Assembly (NCBI GenBank): GCA_014729135.1
Contig: WJKK01000001.1
Location: 629,407 to 693,406 of the forward strand
DNA: 64,000 nucleotides
Origin: a candidate division WWE3 bacterium
GTDB taxonomy: Bacteria > Patescibacteriota > WWE3 > UBA101185 > UBA10185
Direction of reading: 5' to 3'
Of the stretch, positions 39,030 through 48,448 are shown piece after piece (position 1 is the stretch's first letter; every line of letters begins with the position of its first letter). Made by a program: the position numbers and the translations under genes. A model generated the notes under the pieces. The model ran no database searches. It saw only the letters and a list, made by a program, of their open reading frames with translations, and was not told the DNA's origin.

Positions 39030-40631
39030 TCACTCAACAACATCCCCCGAAAAAAACAAAAAACCATCCCCCTTAGCCAACACCTCTCCACTAGGACACT
39101 CCATAGAACTTAAACTCTGCGGATCCTCTATATAAATAAAAACTTCAGGATCCTCATTCCAACCAAATCCCTGCATGTAATACTTGGCCAAGCGATACTT
39201 CTCATTAGAATAGTAAGTTTCAACTCCCAAATCCAAAGCCACCTTACGAACATCCTTCCAGTTACGACTATAAGGAAATCCAAAAATGCCCTCCACACGT
39301 TCACCGGAACTAATATTTGCAGGCATAAAACCCAAAATGTACTTTTTAGCATGCCAAGGATATTCGGGAGTAGTGTCAATAAATGCCTGAAAATTAAAGG
39401 AGGTTGTAGTAAAAAGCACTAAAACAAGCAGTGCAAAAAGAAAATTGCGAACAATACCTTTTTCCTTTAAAACAGCAGCCAGCTGACTAGCAAACAAAAT
39501 ACTAGCCGGTATAAAAACCACATAAATATGTGTCAACGCCTTTTCCATAACAAAAAAGTAGGCTACTAAACTTAATACAAACCAGCCCACAATTAAATTG
39601 TTAAAATTAAACTCCCGGCCAAAAAAGTAACTAACAAGCACGGCCAAACCAAAAACCAAACTAGATATATATAGCAGTTCATTACCCGCTCCCCGGAAAT
39701 ACCGAAAAAGACCTAACAAAAACAAGCCAATAACTAAAATACCACGATGCTTGCTAATAATTTGCTGCCGATAAATCCATAGGAAGCAGCCCACCAAGGA
39801 CAAAATCAAAAACTCCAAGGGATGATACATTTTTAAGATCTTTATCGAATAAAAAATGTTGTCATAAATGAAATCTGATTGAATTCGAGCAAAAAGCAAA
39901 TAGCGAATTATTTCCGAGGGTTCCGGCGTTCTCAGGAAAAGCACAGTAAAGTAAATTGCGGGCATTATAAGAGTAGTAGCAATGTATATGAAAGCAGGCT
40001 TAAAGCGCTTTGAAGCCATTAAAAGGAAGAGTATGGGAAGTATGAAGCTAAAAGAGTCGTAGTGAAACAGAAGGCCAACTCCGGAAAATACGCCGGATAA
40101 AATTAGGAGTCTTTTCTGTTTGGATTTAGCGGGAGCGGCTAACCCATCCAACTGAGCATATTTCAGCATTAGCCAACAAACGATAACTGAAATTAAAATT
40201 ACAAAGACTTGATACTGCACTATTCGAGAAAAAGCTATCATTAAGCCGGATAAAGAAATTAAGGAAGTGGCCAAAAGGGCCGTCATTTTATCTTTATGTT
40301 TCCTTACAAAAAAGTAAAGAAGAGGCAATAAAGCGATACCGGTTAAAGCAAAAGGTAAGCGAACATAAAGTTCAATGTTTTTTAGGTTCTCTACGTTGAA
40401 ATCATAGGCAAAGATGTTTGCCAAAGCTGAAACCGCATATTGTCCGGGGCCCTTCGTTCGCGTAAAGATGAACTTAAAAAATTCCTGCTCCCCGAAGAGG
40501 TAGTTTTGGGCAGCCACTTCATCCCCTTGAAAATCTGAATAGCCTAATTTTGCCAATCTGAAATAAGCGCCTAATAAGATAATGAGAATTATAAAAATTT
40601 TTTCGGCTGATTGAGGAAATTTCTTATTCAC
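39030..40631 (-). CDS. GT-C fold glycosyltransferase (ArnT/PMT-like)
   Basis: 533 aa polytopic. Loop 1 QGDEVAAQNYLFGEQEFFKFIFTRTKGPGQYAV carries a DE motif. Paralogue of the 32873..34504 gene. Confidence 0.6.
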   Translation of the reverse strand: MNKKFPQSAEKIFIILIILLGAYFRLAKLGYSDFQGDEVAAQNYLFGEQEFFKFIFTRTKGPGQYAVSALANIFAYDFNVENLKNIELYVRLPFALTGIALLPLLYFFVRKHKDKMTALLATSLISLSGLMIAFSRIVQYQVFVILISVIVCWLMLKYAQLDGLAAPAKSKQKRLLILSGVFSGVGLLFHYDSFSFILPILFLLMASKRFKPAFIYIATTLIMPAIYFTVLFLRTPEPSEIIRYLLFARIQSDFIYDNIFYSIKILKMYHPLEFLILSLVGCFLWIYRQQIISKHRGILVIGLFLLGLFRYFRGAGNELLYISSLVFGLAVLVSYFFGREFNFNNLIVGWFVLSLVAYFFVMEKALTHIYVVFIPASILFASQLAAVLKEKGIVRNFLFALLVLVLFTTTSFNFQAFIDTTPEYPWHAKKYILGFMPANISSGERVEGIFGFPYSRNWKDVRKVALDLGVETYYSNEKYRLAKYYMQGFGWNEDPEVFIYIEDPQSLSSMECPSGEVLAKGDGFLFFSGDVVE

Positions 40632-40746
40632 TTTTCCAGTCTATATTAAAAGGAGAGTTGGTTAAAGAATGGAGAGTTTCTAGGATGCCGGAAAATAAAC
40701 GGAGAAGTTGGCACCAACGTGGAGAGTCTTTTGCTACAATAAAGCT

Positions 40747-41157
40747 ATGAAAACAACTACAAAAAAGCCAAATGATTGTATATTCTGCAAAATCGGCAAA
40801 AAAGAAGCTCCCGCTGAAGTAATTTGGGAAAATGACAAGTTTCTAGCCTTTCTAGACATCTTTCCCGTTGTTCCGGGGGCCACTGTAGTAATCCCAAAAA
40901 CTCACCATGAGAGCTATATTAAAAATGTCGATGAAAATACTACATGTGCTTTAATGGAGGCATCAAAGGAGGTTATGGAGCTTTTGGATTCTTCGCTGGA
41001 GGATAGTGTTGGAACGAAGTTGATTTTTGAGGGGCTGGAGGTGCCTCATTTGCATGCAAAGTTGTGGCCAATGTATCCGGGAGTGAGGGAAGCGACTCCG
41101 GAGGAGCGTGTTGATCCTGAGAAGTTGAGGGAAATAGGTGAAAAGATCAGGGGTTGA
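40747..41157 (+). CDS. HIT family protein (second paralogue with H-x-H-x-K)
   Basis: N-terminal CIFCKI motif, then FLAFLDIFPVVPGATVVIPKTHHES...KLIFEGLEVPHLHAKLWP. Start set to the Met of MKTTTKK. Confidence 0.6.
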   Translation: MKTTTKKPNDCIFCKIGKKEAPAEVIWENDKFLAFLDIFPVVPGATVVIPKTHHESYIKNVDENTTCALMEASKEVMELLDSSLEDSVGTKLIFEGLEVPHLHAKLWPMYPGVREATPEERVDPEKLREIGEKIRG

Positions 41158-41242
41158 TGTATAATCTTTTTGCGCTAAACAAGAGAAGTAAGTAAGACGA
41201 GGTTTGTTCGTCAGGGTCGCTCTGCGACACCTGACGGGAGGT

Positions 41243-41274
41243 CAAAATACTCGCGTTAGCACGCTCGTATTTTG
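41243..41274. repeat. inverted copy of the CAAAATACGAGCG...CGCGAGTATTTTG hairpin element, upstream of tRNA-Leu
   Basis: The reverse complement caaaatacgagcgtgctaacgcgagtattttg nearly equals the element at 38927-38956. Confidence 0.45.
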
Positions 41275-41282
41275 ATCACCAT

Positions 41283-41309
41283 AAAAAGTTTTCTGCGAAA
41301 ACTTTTTAA
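41283..41309 (+). terminator. hairpin aaaaagttttc-tgcg-aaaacttttt abutting the tRNA-Leu 5' end (probable terminator of the upstream HIT gene)
   Basis: Perfect 11-bp A/T-rich stem with a T-run. Confidence 0.35.
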
Positions 41310-41398
41310 GGGCGAGTGGCGGAATAGGCATACGCGACAGACTTAAAATCTGTTGAGAGTTAAATCTCGTGTGGGTTCGAGTCCCACCTCGCCCACCA
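41310..41398 (+). tRNA. tRNA-Leu (anticodon TAA), long variable arm
   Basis: Acceptor gggcgag/ctcgccc, anticodon stem acaga/tctgt with loop cttaaaa, extended variable arm tgagagttaaatctcgtg, T-arm tgggttcgagtccca, 3' acca. Confidence 0.85.
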
Positions 41399-41461
41399 GA
41401 GGCTTTTGCAAAGCAAAAGGAGCTGGTTCAAACAAATAACACCATCCGCTATAATAAAACC

Positions 41462-42217
41462 ATGAACCTAAAGAACAAAAACTGCCTAATCACAGGATCC
41501 GCCAAAGGAATCGGCAAAGCCTTTGCTCACACATTTGCGGAAAAAGGCACCAATCTACTCCTTTTGGATATAAATAAGACAAAACTTGAAAAGCTTAAAG
41601 AGCAACTCCTCCAAAAACATCCAAAACTAATAATTGAAACCATAAAAATCGACTTAACCAATGCCCAAAAAATTAAAGACTTAGCAGAAGCCTTTAACAA
41701 AGAGAACTTACCCATTCATGTTTTAATTAACAATGCCGGAATAGGGATTTACAAAGATTTAGAGGAGCAGGATTTAGCCTCTTGGGAAAAGGCTTGGCAA
41801 TTAAATGTAACAGCTCCTTTTTTGTTGACAAAGTACTTGTTGCCTAATTTGGGGGCAGCTGGCAAATCGGAAAAAAACGAAAGGCCATATGTGCTAAACA
41901 CCGGATCAGGTTGCGGTCTTAAGGGAAAGGCAGGAAGAGCTTCCTATTGCACCACTAAATTTGCTTTACGGGGGCTGTCTTTAACGCTTGCAAAAGAGCT
42001 TGAAAAAAAAGCACAAGTAGTACATTTGGCTTTGGGCAGTGTATTGACGGAGTTTGGTCCCCTGGAGGTTACCGATAAAAAAGATTTATGCCAAAAGGGG
42101 AAGTGTTATTTATCTCCAAGAGAGGTGGCAGAAAAAGTAGTAGAACTTATTGAGAAAGACTATGCCCGCCCTGAGTTTGAAATGTATCCCAAAGGCTACT
42201 GGGAGAGTTTTGATTAA
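41462..42217 (+). CDS. short-chain dehydrogenase/reductase (SDR)
   Basis: ITGSAKGIGKAF (TGxxxGIG Rossmann) and YCTTKFAL (YxxxK). Start moved to the ATG at 41462 because the longer ORF begins inside tRNA-Leu. Confidence 0.75.
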   Translation: MNLKNKNCLITGSAKGIGKAFAHTFAEKGTNLLLLDINKTKLEKLKEQLLQKHPKLIIETIKIDLTNAQKIKDLAEAFNKENLPIHVLINNAGIGIYKDLEEQDLASWEKAWQLNVTAPFLLTKYLLPNLGAAGKSEKNERPYVLNTGSGCGLKGKAGRASYCTTKFALRGLSLTLAKELEKKAQVVHLALGSVLTEFGPLEVTDKKDLCQKGKCYLSPREVAEKVVELIEKDYARPEFEMYPKGYWESFD

Positions 42218-42224
42218 AACCAAA

Positions 42225-43460
42225 ATGAAAGTCTCCCAAGATCAGCAAAAAGCACTCAAAAAAATCATAAGTTGGTATCAAAACCTGCAAAAAGAAAAAC
42301 AACAACGCCTCCAAAAAAACCTCCCGCCACTAAGAGACCAATACGTCACCCTAGGAGGCTACGCCGGAACAGGCAAAACCACCCTCATAAGCGTCTTTCG
42401 ACACATCCTCTACAAGATAAGCCCACAACTAAAAGTAGGCTTCATTAGCTACACCGGAAAAGCCACACGCATCCTAAAAAACAAACTTCAAGAAAATCAA
42501 GCCATCTTTGGCGACGACTCCGTTACAACCATTCACTCCCTAATTTACTCGCCTCTAACAAACAACAAAGAGGAGATTATCGGCTGGCAAATTAAGGACG
42601 AAATCGACAAGGACTTTTTAATAATTGACGAAGCCTCCATGGTAACAAGAGAAATTTGGCAGGATCTGCAAGCCTATAAAAAGCCGATTCTAGCAGTAGG
42701 CGATCACGGGCAGCTCCCTCCAATTGGGGGAAACTTTAATTTAATGCAAAATCCCGATGTGAAACTAACAAAAATCCATAGGCAAGCACGTGGAAATCCT
42801 ATTATAGAAGTGGCAACCTTGGCTAGAGAAAAAGGGGAGATTCCCGTCAAAAAGTATGGCAAGGGCATCATGAAAATGGATCGCACCTCATGGGAAACGC
42901 AAGAAACCGTTACACAACTTTTGGAAGAATACGACGAAAATACGATAATTCTTTGTGGCTACAACAATACACGTGTTCGGATTAATCAACAAATTAGAGG
43001 CTTTTTAGGTTATCACACCCCGCATCCTGAGGTCGGAGACCGCGTTATTTGCCTTCGTAATAACCATGAAAAGGGAATTTTTAATGGAATGTTGGGTCAA
43101 ATTAAACATATTGAGCCTCACAATAAGAAATGGCTTTTTGCGCGTATCGAAATGGAGGATGGTTTTGATTTTGAGGGCCTTATTTTAAAGGAGCAGTTTA
43201 ATGCTAAGGAAGCTCTAAATTTTAGTAAGCGTCGGCGCGAAACTCTGGAAGGCGATTTGTTTGACTTTGGGTACGCTATGACGGTGCATAAAGCGCAGGG
43301 CAGTCAGGCAAAGCGGGTCATTTTGTTTGAGGAGCGTTTTAAGCAGATGGATGATGAGGCTTGGCGGAGGTGGCTTTATACGGGGGTTACGCGTGCGGAG
43401 GAGGAGCTTTTTGTGATAGGAGATTCGCAACCGCTTAATAAGCAAAATAAAGTCCTCTAA
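42225..43460 (+). CDS. RecD-like ATP-dependent DNA helicase (AAA_30/UvrD_C_2 type)
   Basis: Walker A GGYAGTGKTT, Walker B IIDEASMV, and C-terminal MTVHKAQGSQAKRVILFE. Confidence 0.6.
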   Translation: MKVSQDQQKALKKIISWYQNLQKEKQQRLQKNLPPLRDQYVTLGGYAGTGKTTLISVFRHILYKISPQLKVGFISYTGKATRILKNKLQENQAIFGDDSVTTIHSLIYSPLTNNKEEIIGWQIKDEIDKDFLIIDEASMVTREIWQDLQAYKKPILAVGDHGQLPPIGGNFNLMQNPDVKLTKIHRQARGNPIIEVATLAREKGEIPVKKYGKGIMKMDRTSWETQETVTQLLEEYDENTIILCGYNNTRVRINQQIRGFLGYHTPHPEVGDRVICLRNNHEKGIFNGMLGQIKHIEPHNKKWLFARIEMEDGFDFEGLILKEQFNAKEALNFSKRRRETLEGDLFDFGYAMTVHKAQGSQAKRVILFEERFKQMDDEAWRRWLYTGVTRAEEELFVIGDSQPLNKQNKVL

Positions 43461-43500
43461 GCAATTGTACGCATAAAAATAAGCATGTTAAAATACCAAA

Positions 43501-45345
43501 GTGCAAATAATCACCGCTGTTAAAGAAAAAAGCTATAAAAAGTATTTCGAGGATATCAGAAAAATCTCAAAAGGAACGCTGAGATTGTTGAAGTTTGTAT
43601 ATAAAGCACTGCCGGGATATACACTAACCTTCATAATCACTGCCGTTTTTATAAATTTAATTCCTTTCGTAACAACCTGGGTGAATAGCCTTTTTATAGA
43701 CACTCTAGTTGATTCCATTGGTAACGGCATCGATCAAAACCTTCAAAGGTTCACTTTGTTAATTGGTGCGGGGGTTTTAATATCCGCACTAAACAACCTA
43801 ATAAACCATCTGTCAACTATGGCGGAAACAAAAATTTGGTACGGAATGGAACGCGATTTCACCCTGGAAATAACGAAAAAATACGCCTATCTAGATACAG
43901 AACATTATGACAATCCCGAGATGAGAGATCTACTGAACAAAGTTTCTCAAAACTCAAATAAAGCGCAGCTCTTTGTTAGCCAAATTGGCTACATGATTGG
44001 CGATCTAGTTACTATTATTTCAGCAATAACAATTCTAGTGGTTTTCTCTCCCTGGATAATCCTGCTTATGTTAGTAACCTCCATACCCTCCCTAGTAGCT
44101 AACTTAGTGCATGGAAGACGTCTCTGGGGAATATGGAATGCCAAGGGCGAAAAGGGAAGAGATTTTTTCTGGACACGACACTATTTAACAAGAGAAAACT
44201 CCTTAATGGAACTACGAATTTTTAGAACAAGGGAGTACCTGCTAGAAAGAATGAATAAGCTACACACTCAATTCCAACAAGCACAGATGGAAATAGAAGA
44301 GAGCAAGAGAGTGCAGTTATTTTTATTCTCGTTGTTAAGGATTGTAGGTAGAACAGGAGCCTACATAATGATTGCATTGGCCACAATAGCCCAGAAAATT
44401 ACAATAGGACAATTTAATTTCTATGTGAGTGCAACCGGAAGACTTCAGATGGGTTTGGGCGGACTTGTTAGAAGGTTCTCCAGAATGTATGAATATGGTC
44501 TTTACATAGTGGACATTTTTGAATTTTTAGATCTAGAAGAAAAGATTATTTCAGGAAACATCTGTTTAGAAGAAAACAAGCTTCCTGTTAAAGTGGAATT
44601 TAAAGATGTTTCTTTTGAGTACCCGGGGAGAGAAGATAAAGAATGGGGCATCAAGAACTTGAATCTCACAATAAATCCGGGAGAACATATAGCTATAGTA
44701 GGGGAAAATGGAGCAGGAAAAACAACTTTGATAAAGCTTTTATTGAGATTCTACGACCCAACAAAGGGGGAAATTTTAGTTAATGAAGTGGATTTGAAAA
44801 AAATTGATTTGGACTGCTGGTATAAAAAGATCGGCGCTCTATTCCAGGAATTTAATTTCTACCATTTCACTGCAAAGGAAAACATCGGTGTAGGCAATCC
44901 TGAAAACGTGGAGGATTTGGAAAAAATAATTAAAGCAGCAAAAAAGTCAGAAGCGCACAACTTTATAGAGAAGTACGAAAAGGAATACGATCAAGTTCTG
45001 GATAAAGCGTTTAAAGAGGGAGTAACGCCATCTTCGGGACAAAAACAAAAAATAGCCTTGGCACGGGCATTTTTTAAGGACCCTGCAATTTTGATTCTGG
45101 ATGAACCAACAAGTGCTATAGATCCGAAAGCGGAGTATGAGATTTTTGAGAGATTGTTTGAGTTTGCGGCTGAAAAAACAGTAATCATCATTTCACATCG
45201 ATTTTCCACTGTGCGCAATGCCGATAGAATTTTAGTCCTTGAAGATGGCCGAATTGTAGAAGATGGAAGTCACGAGGAGCTTATGGCAATAGAGGAGGGC
45301 AAGTATAAAACAGCCTTTGAGTTGCAGCGAAAAGGTTATGAATAA
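43501..45345 (+). CDS. ABC transporter, fused permease/ATP-binding protein (exporter type)
   Basis: Six N-terminal TM helices; Walker A GENGAGKTTL; signature SSGQKQKIALARAF; Walker B ILILDEPTSAIDP. Confidence 0.8.
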   Translation: MQIITAVKEKSYKKYFEDIRKISKGTLRLLKFVYKALPGYTLTFIITAVFINLIPFVTTWVNSLFIDTLVDSIGNGIDQNLQRFTLLIGAGVLISALNNLINHLSTMAETKIWYGMERDFTLEITKKYAYLDTEHYDNPEMRDLLNKVSQNSNKAQLFVSQIGYMIGDLVTIISAITILVVFSPWIILLMLVTSIPSLVANLVHGRRLWGIWNAKGEKGRDFFWTRHYLTRENSLMELRIFRTREYLLERMNKLHTQFQQAQMEIEESKRVQLFLFSLLRIVGRTGAYIMIALATIAQKITIGQFNFYVSATGRLQMGLGGLVRRFSRMYEYGLYIVDIFEFLDLEEKIISGNICLEENKLPVKVEFKDVSFEYPGREDKEWGIKNLNLTINPGEHIAIVGENGAGKTTLIKLLLRFYDPTKGEILVNEVDLKKIDLDCWYKKIGALFQEFNFYHFTAKENIGVGNPENVEDLEKIIKAAKKSEAHNFIEKYEKEYDQVLDKAFKEGVTPSSGQKQKIALARAFFKDPAILILDEPTSAIDPKAEYEIFERLFEFAAEKTVIIISHRFSTVRNADRILVLEDGRIVEDGSHEELMAIEEGKYKTAFELQRKGYE

Positions 45346-45418
45346 AAACCTTTGCGTACTGTGCTTGAAGCGCTAAAAGCCTCCATTGTAGAGAACAAGA
45401 AACCTGTATAATTGACCC

Positions 45419-46093
45419 ATGAAAATCACACTCCCTAAAATAATTCTAGTAGCAACTCTCTTTACATTTATCGGGGGAGGCGTCTACTTGAATCTGCAGG
45501 AAAAAGCTTCCATAGACAACTCCAAAATCCCTCAGAAACTAGAGGAGGAACGCGGTTTTCAACGCTGGATAACTAACGCTAAAAATAAAGATATTTTGGT
45601 AGAGGCGGATGAATTCAGACTTCTTGAAGAAAACGAGATTTATAACACGCGATGGATGCAGGTTTATTCGCTGGATGAGCCCGGTAGAAAAGAGGAGTTT
45701 GAGGCTAATTTAGAGGCGCATAAAAATGTGGATCATGTGATTTTTTCGCCAAGTGATCGCATATTTTTAGATTATAGAAATATGGCTAGAGACAGATATG
45801 CTCCTAATGAAGTGCATTTGTATGGGCAAAAAGAGGATAAGATTTTGGATGCGCGTGTGCTGGAGTGTGTAAATGGAAATAATTGTTATTTTGATCGCGC
45901 TTATTTTTTGGATAATGATGTTTTTGTTGTGCATGAGGTTTCTTTGGCAGATCCTGCAAATTTGTGTAAACCGGATGAGACTTGTGCTTATACTTTTAAA
46001 GTTCATTTGGTGGATTTGATTAATAATAAGCGGTGGATTTATGAGTCGGAAGAAAAGCCCATGGAGTTTACCTGGGCCAAACGGGAGTTGTAA
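45419..46093 (+). CDS. membrane-anchored hypothetical protein
   Basis: N-terminal TM helix IILVATLFTFIGGGVYL; Cys-containing soluble domain. Confidence 0.4.
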   Translation: MKITLPKIILVATLFTFIGGGVYLNLQEKASIDNSKIPQKLEEERGFQRWITNAKNKDILVEADEFRLLEENEIYNTRWMQVYSLDEPGRKEEFEANLEAHKNVDHVIFSPSDRIFLDYRNMARDRYAPNEVHLYGQKEDKILDARVLECVNGNNCYFDRAYFLDNDVFVVHEVSLADPANLCKPDETCAYTFKVHLVDLINNKRWIYESEEKPMEFTWAKREL

Positions 46094-46127
46094 AGGCGCT
46101 TTTGTTAGGTTTAAAGCGAGCCTAAGT

Positions 46128-47456
46128 TTAAATAGGGTGCCAAATGTGAAACCCATCTTTCCATTGGGCTAGATACCAATAGCAAGATATCCAATATAAA
46201 ACGGTTACCAAATAAAACTTCCAATTATTAAAAGGGACAGTCCTTGGAGGGGACAGCACATCGAAATCCTCCTTTGTCGGATTGTCGATGAGTTGTCGAA
46301 GTAGCAACTTCGACACTCCTTTGAAAGGACTGTCCTCTGATTTCAATGTGCTGTCCCTTAAAACACCTATAAGAAATATGGGAAAACCCCACAACAAGTA
46401 CGTGCGATTTAGAACTGGTGTTAGGAGATAGAAGGATAGAAAGGGGAGTGACGCAATGGAAAATTTGTTTTTTATGTGCAAACGCCCTGTTAGATTTTTA
46501 ACCTTACCTTCTTTACAGAAGTTATTTACGAACTGCAACAACTTATTGGCAGTTATTAAAATCCACCCGGAGAAGATGCTGCCTAAAGAATAAAATCCAA
46601 ATGGAATAATCCTAAAAAGCTCTACTGAATAATAGTAACTAATGTAATACAAAAAAGGACGGCCTTGAACAAAGCGATCTCCATGAACAAGGAGAGCTCC
46701 TTGAATGTAAGTCCAAAAATCCTGAAAATTTGTCATAAAGGGCAAACTAAAAGCAAAGGCAGTAATAAATCCGGCAGTCAAAAACTTTAGAGGTTTTTTA
46801 GACCGGAACAAAAACAACGGAAAAGTTATAACTGCAAAGGTCTTAAACAAAACAGAAAGCGCAAAGAAAAGCCCGGTCAAAACGTCATCCTCTTCCAAGT
46901 GATAAAGTGCTAAAAGCAAAAATAAAATAGGCACTGAATCGAAACCGGCCAGAGAATTTTTCAAAACCAAATAAAAATTAAACATCCAGGCTGTAACTGC
47001 AAAAAGAGCAGCCAACCTATCCTTTTTAGACAGGTACCACCAAAGAAAAATTCCAACCCCTAAATTAGCTAAGATTCCCGGCAAATGCAGCAGAAAAAAC
47101 GGAGAACACCAGTTAAAATCCAGCTTTAAAATCAAAGTGCAAATTACCGAAAACACATACAAAAAAGTATTTACATATAAAATCCCCGGAAAATAAGCAT
47201 AACCCTTGTTTGTGGGATCGTTTTCCAAGTTGGCATAAGAAGTTAGCGTCCATTCATAGGGATTTTTCCCTGCAACTAAATCGTAAATGGCTTTTTTATG
47301 TGTGGTGTAATCCCCTCCGGAGGTGGCTTGAAGCGCAAGATTTAAGCGCTTTATAGACCCAAATCCTAAAACTAAAATTGCAAATAAGGATAACAATTTA
47401 GGAACATAAACTTTTAAAACAGTTGAGGACCTTTTATTACAAGGAAACAAACACAT
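46128..47456 (-). CDS. GT-C fold glycosyltransferase, GT87/DUF2029-like (paralogue of the 50144..51445 gene). The C-terminus is uncertain because it reads through a large palindrome
   Basis: Shared blocks with the paralogue: DLVAGKNPYEWT, YAYFPGILYVNTF, HGDRFVQGRPFLYY, PVLNRTYLLWGFPIFLIGVL. The 3' ~110 codons overlap the GGACAGTCC composite palindrome at 46234-46358. Confidence 0.5.
   Translation of the reverse strand: MCLFPCNKRSSTVLKVYVPKLLSLFAILVLGFGSIKRLNLALQATSGGDYTTHKKAIYDLVAGKNPYEWTLTSYANLENDPTNKGYAYFPGILYVNTFLYVFSVICTLILKLDFNWCSPFFLLHLPGILANLGVGIFLWWYLSKKDRLAALFAVTAWMFNFYLVLKNSLAGFDSVPILFLLLALYHLEEDDVLTGLFFALSVLFKTFAVITFPLFLFRSKKPLKFLTAGFITAFAFSLPFMTNFQDFWTYIQGALLVHGDRFVQGRPFLYYISYYYSVELFRIIPFGFYSLGSIFSGWILITANKLLQFVNNFCKEGKVKNLTGRLHIKNKFSIASLPFLSFYLLTPVLNRTYLLWGFPIFLIGVLRDSTLKSEDSPFKGVSKLLLRQLIDNPTKEDFDVLSPPRTVPFNNWKFYLVTVLYWISCYWYLAQWKDGFHIWHPI
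46234..46358. repeat. ~125-nt composite palindrome built from GGACAGTCC-family arms plus an inner GTCGAAGT hairpin
   Basis: gggacagtccttggaggggacagcacatcgaaatcc ... gttgtcgaagtagcaacttcgacac ... ggactgtcctctgatttcaatgtgctgtccc; the outer arms are near-perfect reverse complements. Confidence 0.5.
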
Positions 47457-47541
47457 AAAAACATTCTAGCACCTCTAAAAACAAAACACTTTAGATGGAA
47501 GCTCAAAGAAAAAGGATAAAAAGAAATGTTATAATAACAGC

Positions 47542-47739
47542 ATGTACAATTGGTCAACGGATGAAAAGAAGCTTAAAAATCACCCTCAAAAACACAAACT
47601 CTGGAAACTGGAGCAACTAATCAACTTTGGCCTTGGAAAAGAAAGGTTAAACCGAAAAGATCTTAAAAGAAATCTGAAAAAACTAACAATAGACCCTCAA
47701 AAAAAGAAATATCTTCAATTCCTACTAAAAAAGGCCTAA
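47542..47739 (+). CDS. small basic protein, possible cognate partner (antitoxin-like) of the downstream AbiEii-like gene
   Basis: 65-aa Lys-rich ORF ending at the ATG of the 47739 gene (4-nt overlap ATGA). Confidence 0.25.
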   Translation: MYNWSTDEKKLKNHPQKHKLWKLEQLINFGLGKERLNRKDLKRNLKKLTIDPQKKKYLQFLLKKA

Positions 47740-48410
47740 TGAGTCTACTTACAAAGCAACAGAAAAAGTTTTTACACTTATTTTCGCAGGAGAAACTTTT
47801 AACAAAAAGGTTCTACCTTACAGGAGGAACCGCCCTTATAGAGTATTACATTCCCTATAGATACTCAGATGACTTGGACTTTTTTTCCGAGGCAGAAATC
47901 AACATCGACGCCGTTTTAACTTTTTTTAAATCAATCAAAAAAGAACTAGGCTATAAAGAATTCGATTACAACACTTCGTATAACCGAAATTTAATCTTCT
48001 TAAACTTTGGAGATTATGTTCTAAAAACCGAATTCACATACTTTCCTTTTCCGCCAATTCAGATAAATAAGCCTAAAGAAGGCATCCAAATAGATAGTCT
48101 CATTGATATAGCTGTAAACAAACTCTTTACTATATATCAAAACCCAAGGGGGCGTGATTTCATGGATTTATATATGATTCAAGAGAAAGAGAATTTTGAC
48201 ATGGAGCTTTTAATATCGCGTGCTCGTGCTAAATTTGACTGGCATGTTGATCCATTAAAACTGGGGGCGCAATTTATGTTAGCTAAGGAAACTAAGGACG
48301 AGCCCGTTTTGGTAAAAGATCTAAAAAGAGAGAATTGGGAAGACTATTTCATTGAAGCTGCAAAAAGCTTAGAGAGTGAAATTTTCGAAAGTAAGGATTC
48401 CCAGACTTAG
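47739..48410 (+). CDS. AbiEii/AbiGii-like nucleotidyltransferase (type IV TA toxin family fold)
   Basis: FYLTGGTALIEYYIPYRYSDDLDFF matches the GGTAL....HR.S.DLDF nucleotidyltransferase motif. Confidence 0.55.
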   Translation: MSLLTKQQKKFLHLFSQEKLLTKRFYLTGGTALIEYYIPYRYSDDLDFFSEAEINIDAVLTFFKSIKKELGYKEFDYNTSYNRNLIFLNFGDYVLKTEFTYFPFPPIQINKPKEGIQIDSLIDIAVNKLFTIYQNPRGRDFMDLYMIQEKENFDMELLISRARAKFDWHVDPLKLGAQFMLAKETKDEPVLVKDLKRENWEDYFIEAAKSLESEIFESKDSQT

Positions 48411-48448
48411 GGAATGAGCACAATTGCCTCTTAAGTGAAGACAACAGC

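Noticed and set aside
38917-39135. 72-aa plus-strand ORF downstream of tRNA-Arg
   Set aside because: It spans the hairpin repeat elements and overlaps the 3' end of the minus-strand GT-C gene. Its composition follows the repeats rather than coding sequence.
41369-41461. 5' extension of the SDR ORF (MWVRVPPRPPEAF...) starting inside tRNA-Leu
   Set aside because: It overlaps the tRNA-Leu T-arm and acceptor. The in-frame ATG at 41462 directly precedes the Rossmann motif, so the start was moved.
46128-46460. Treating the C-terminal ~110 codons of the GT87-like gene as certainly non-coding
   Set aside because: There is no in-frame stop, so a shorter gene cannot be supported from the sequence. 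The overlap with the palindrome is reported as an uncertainty rather than an annotation change.
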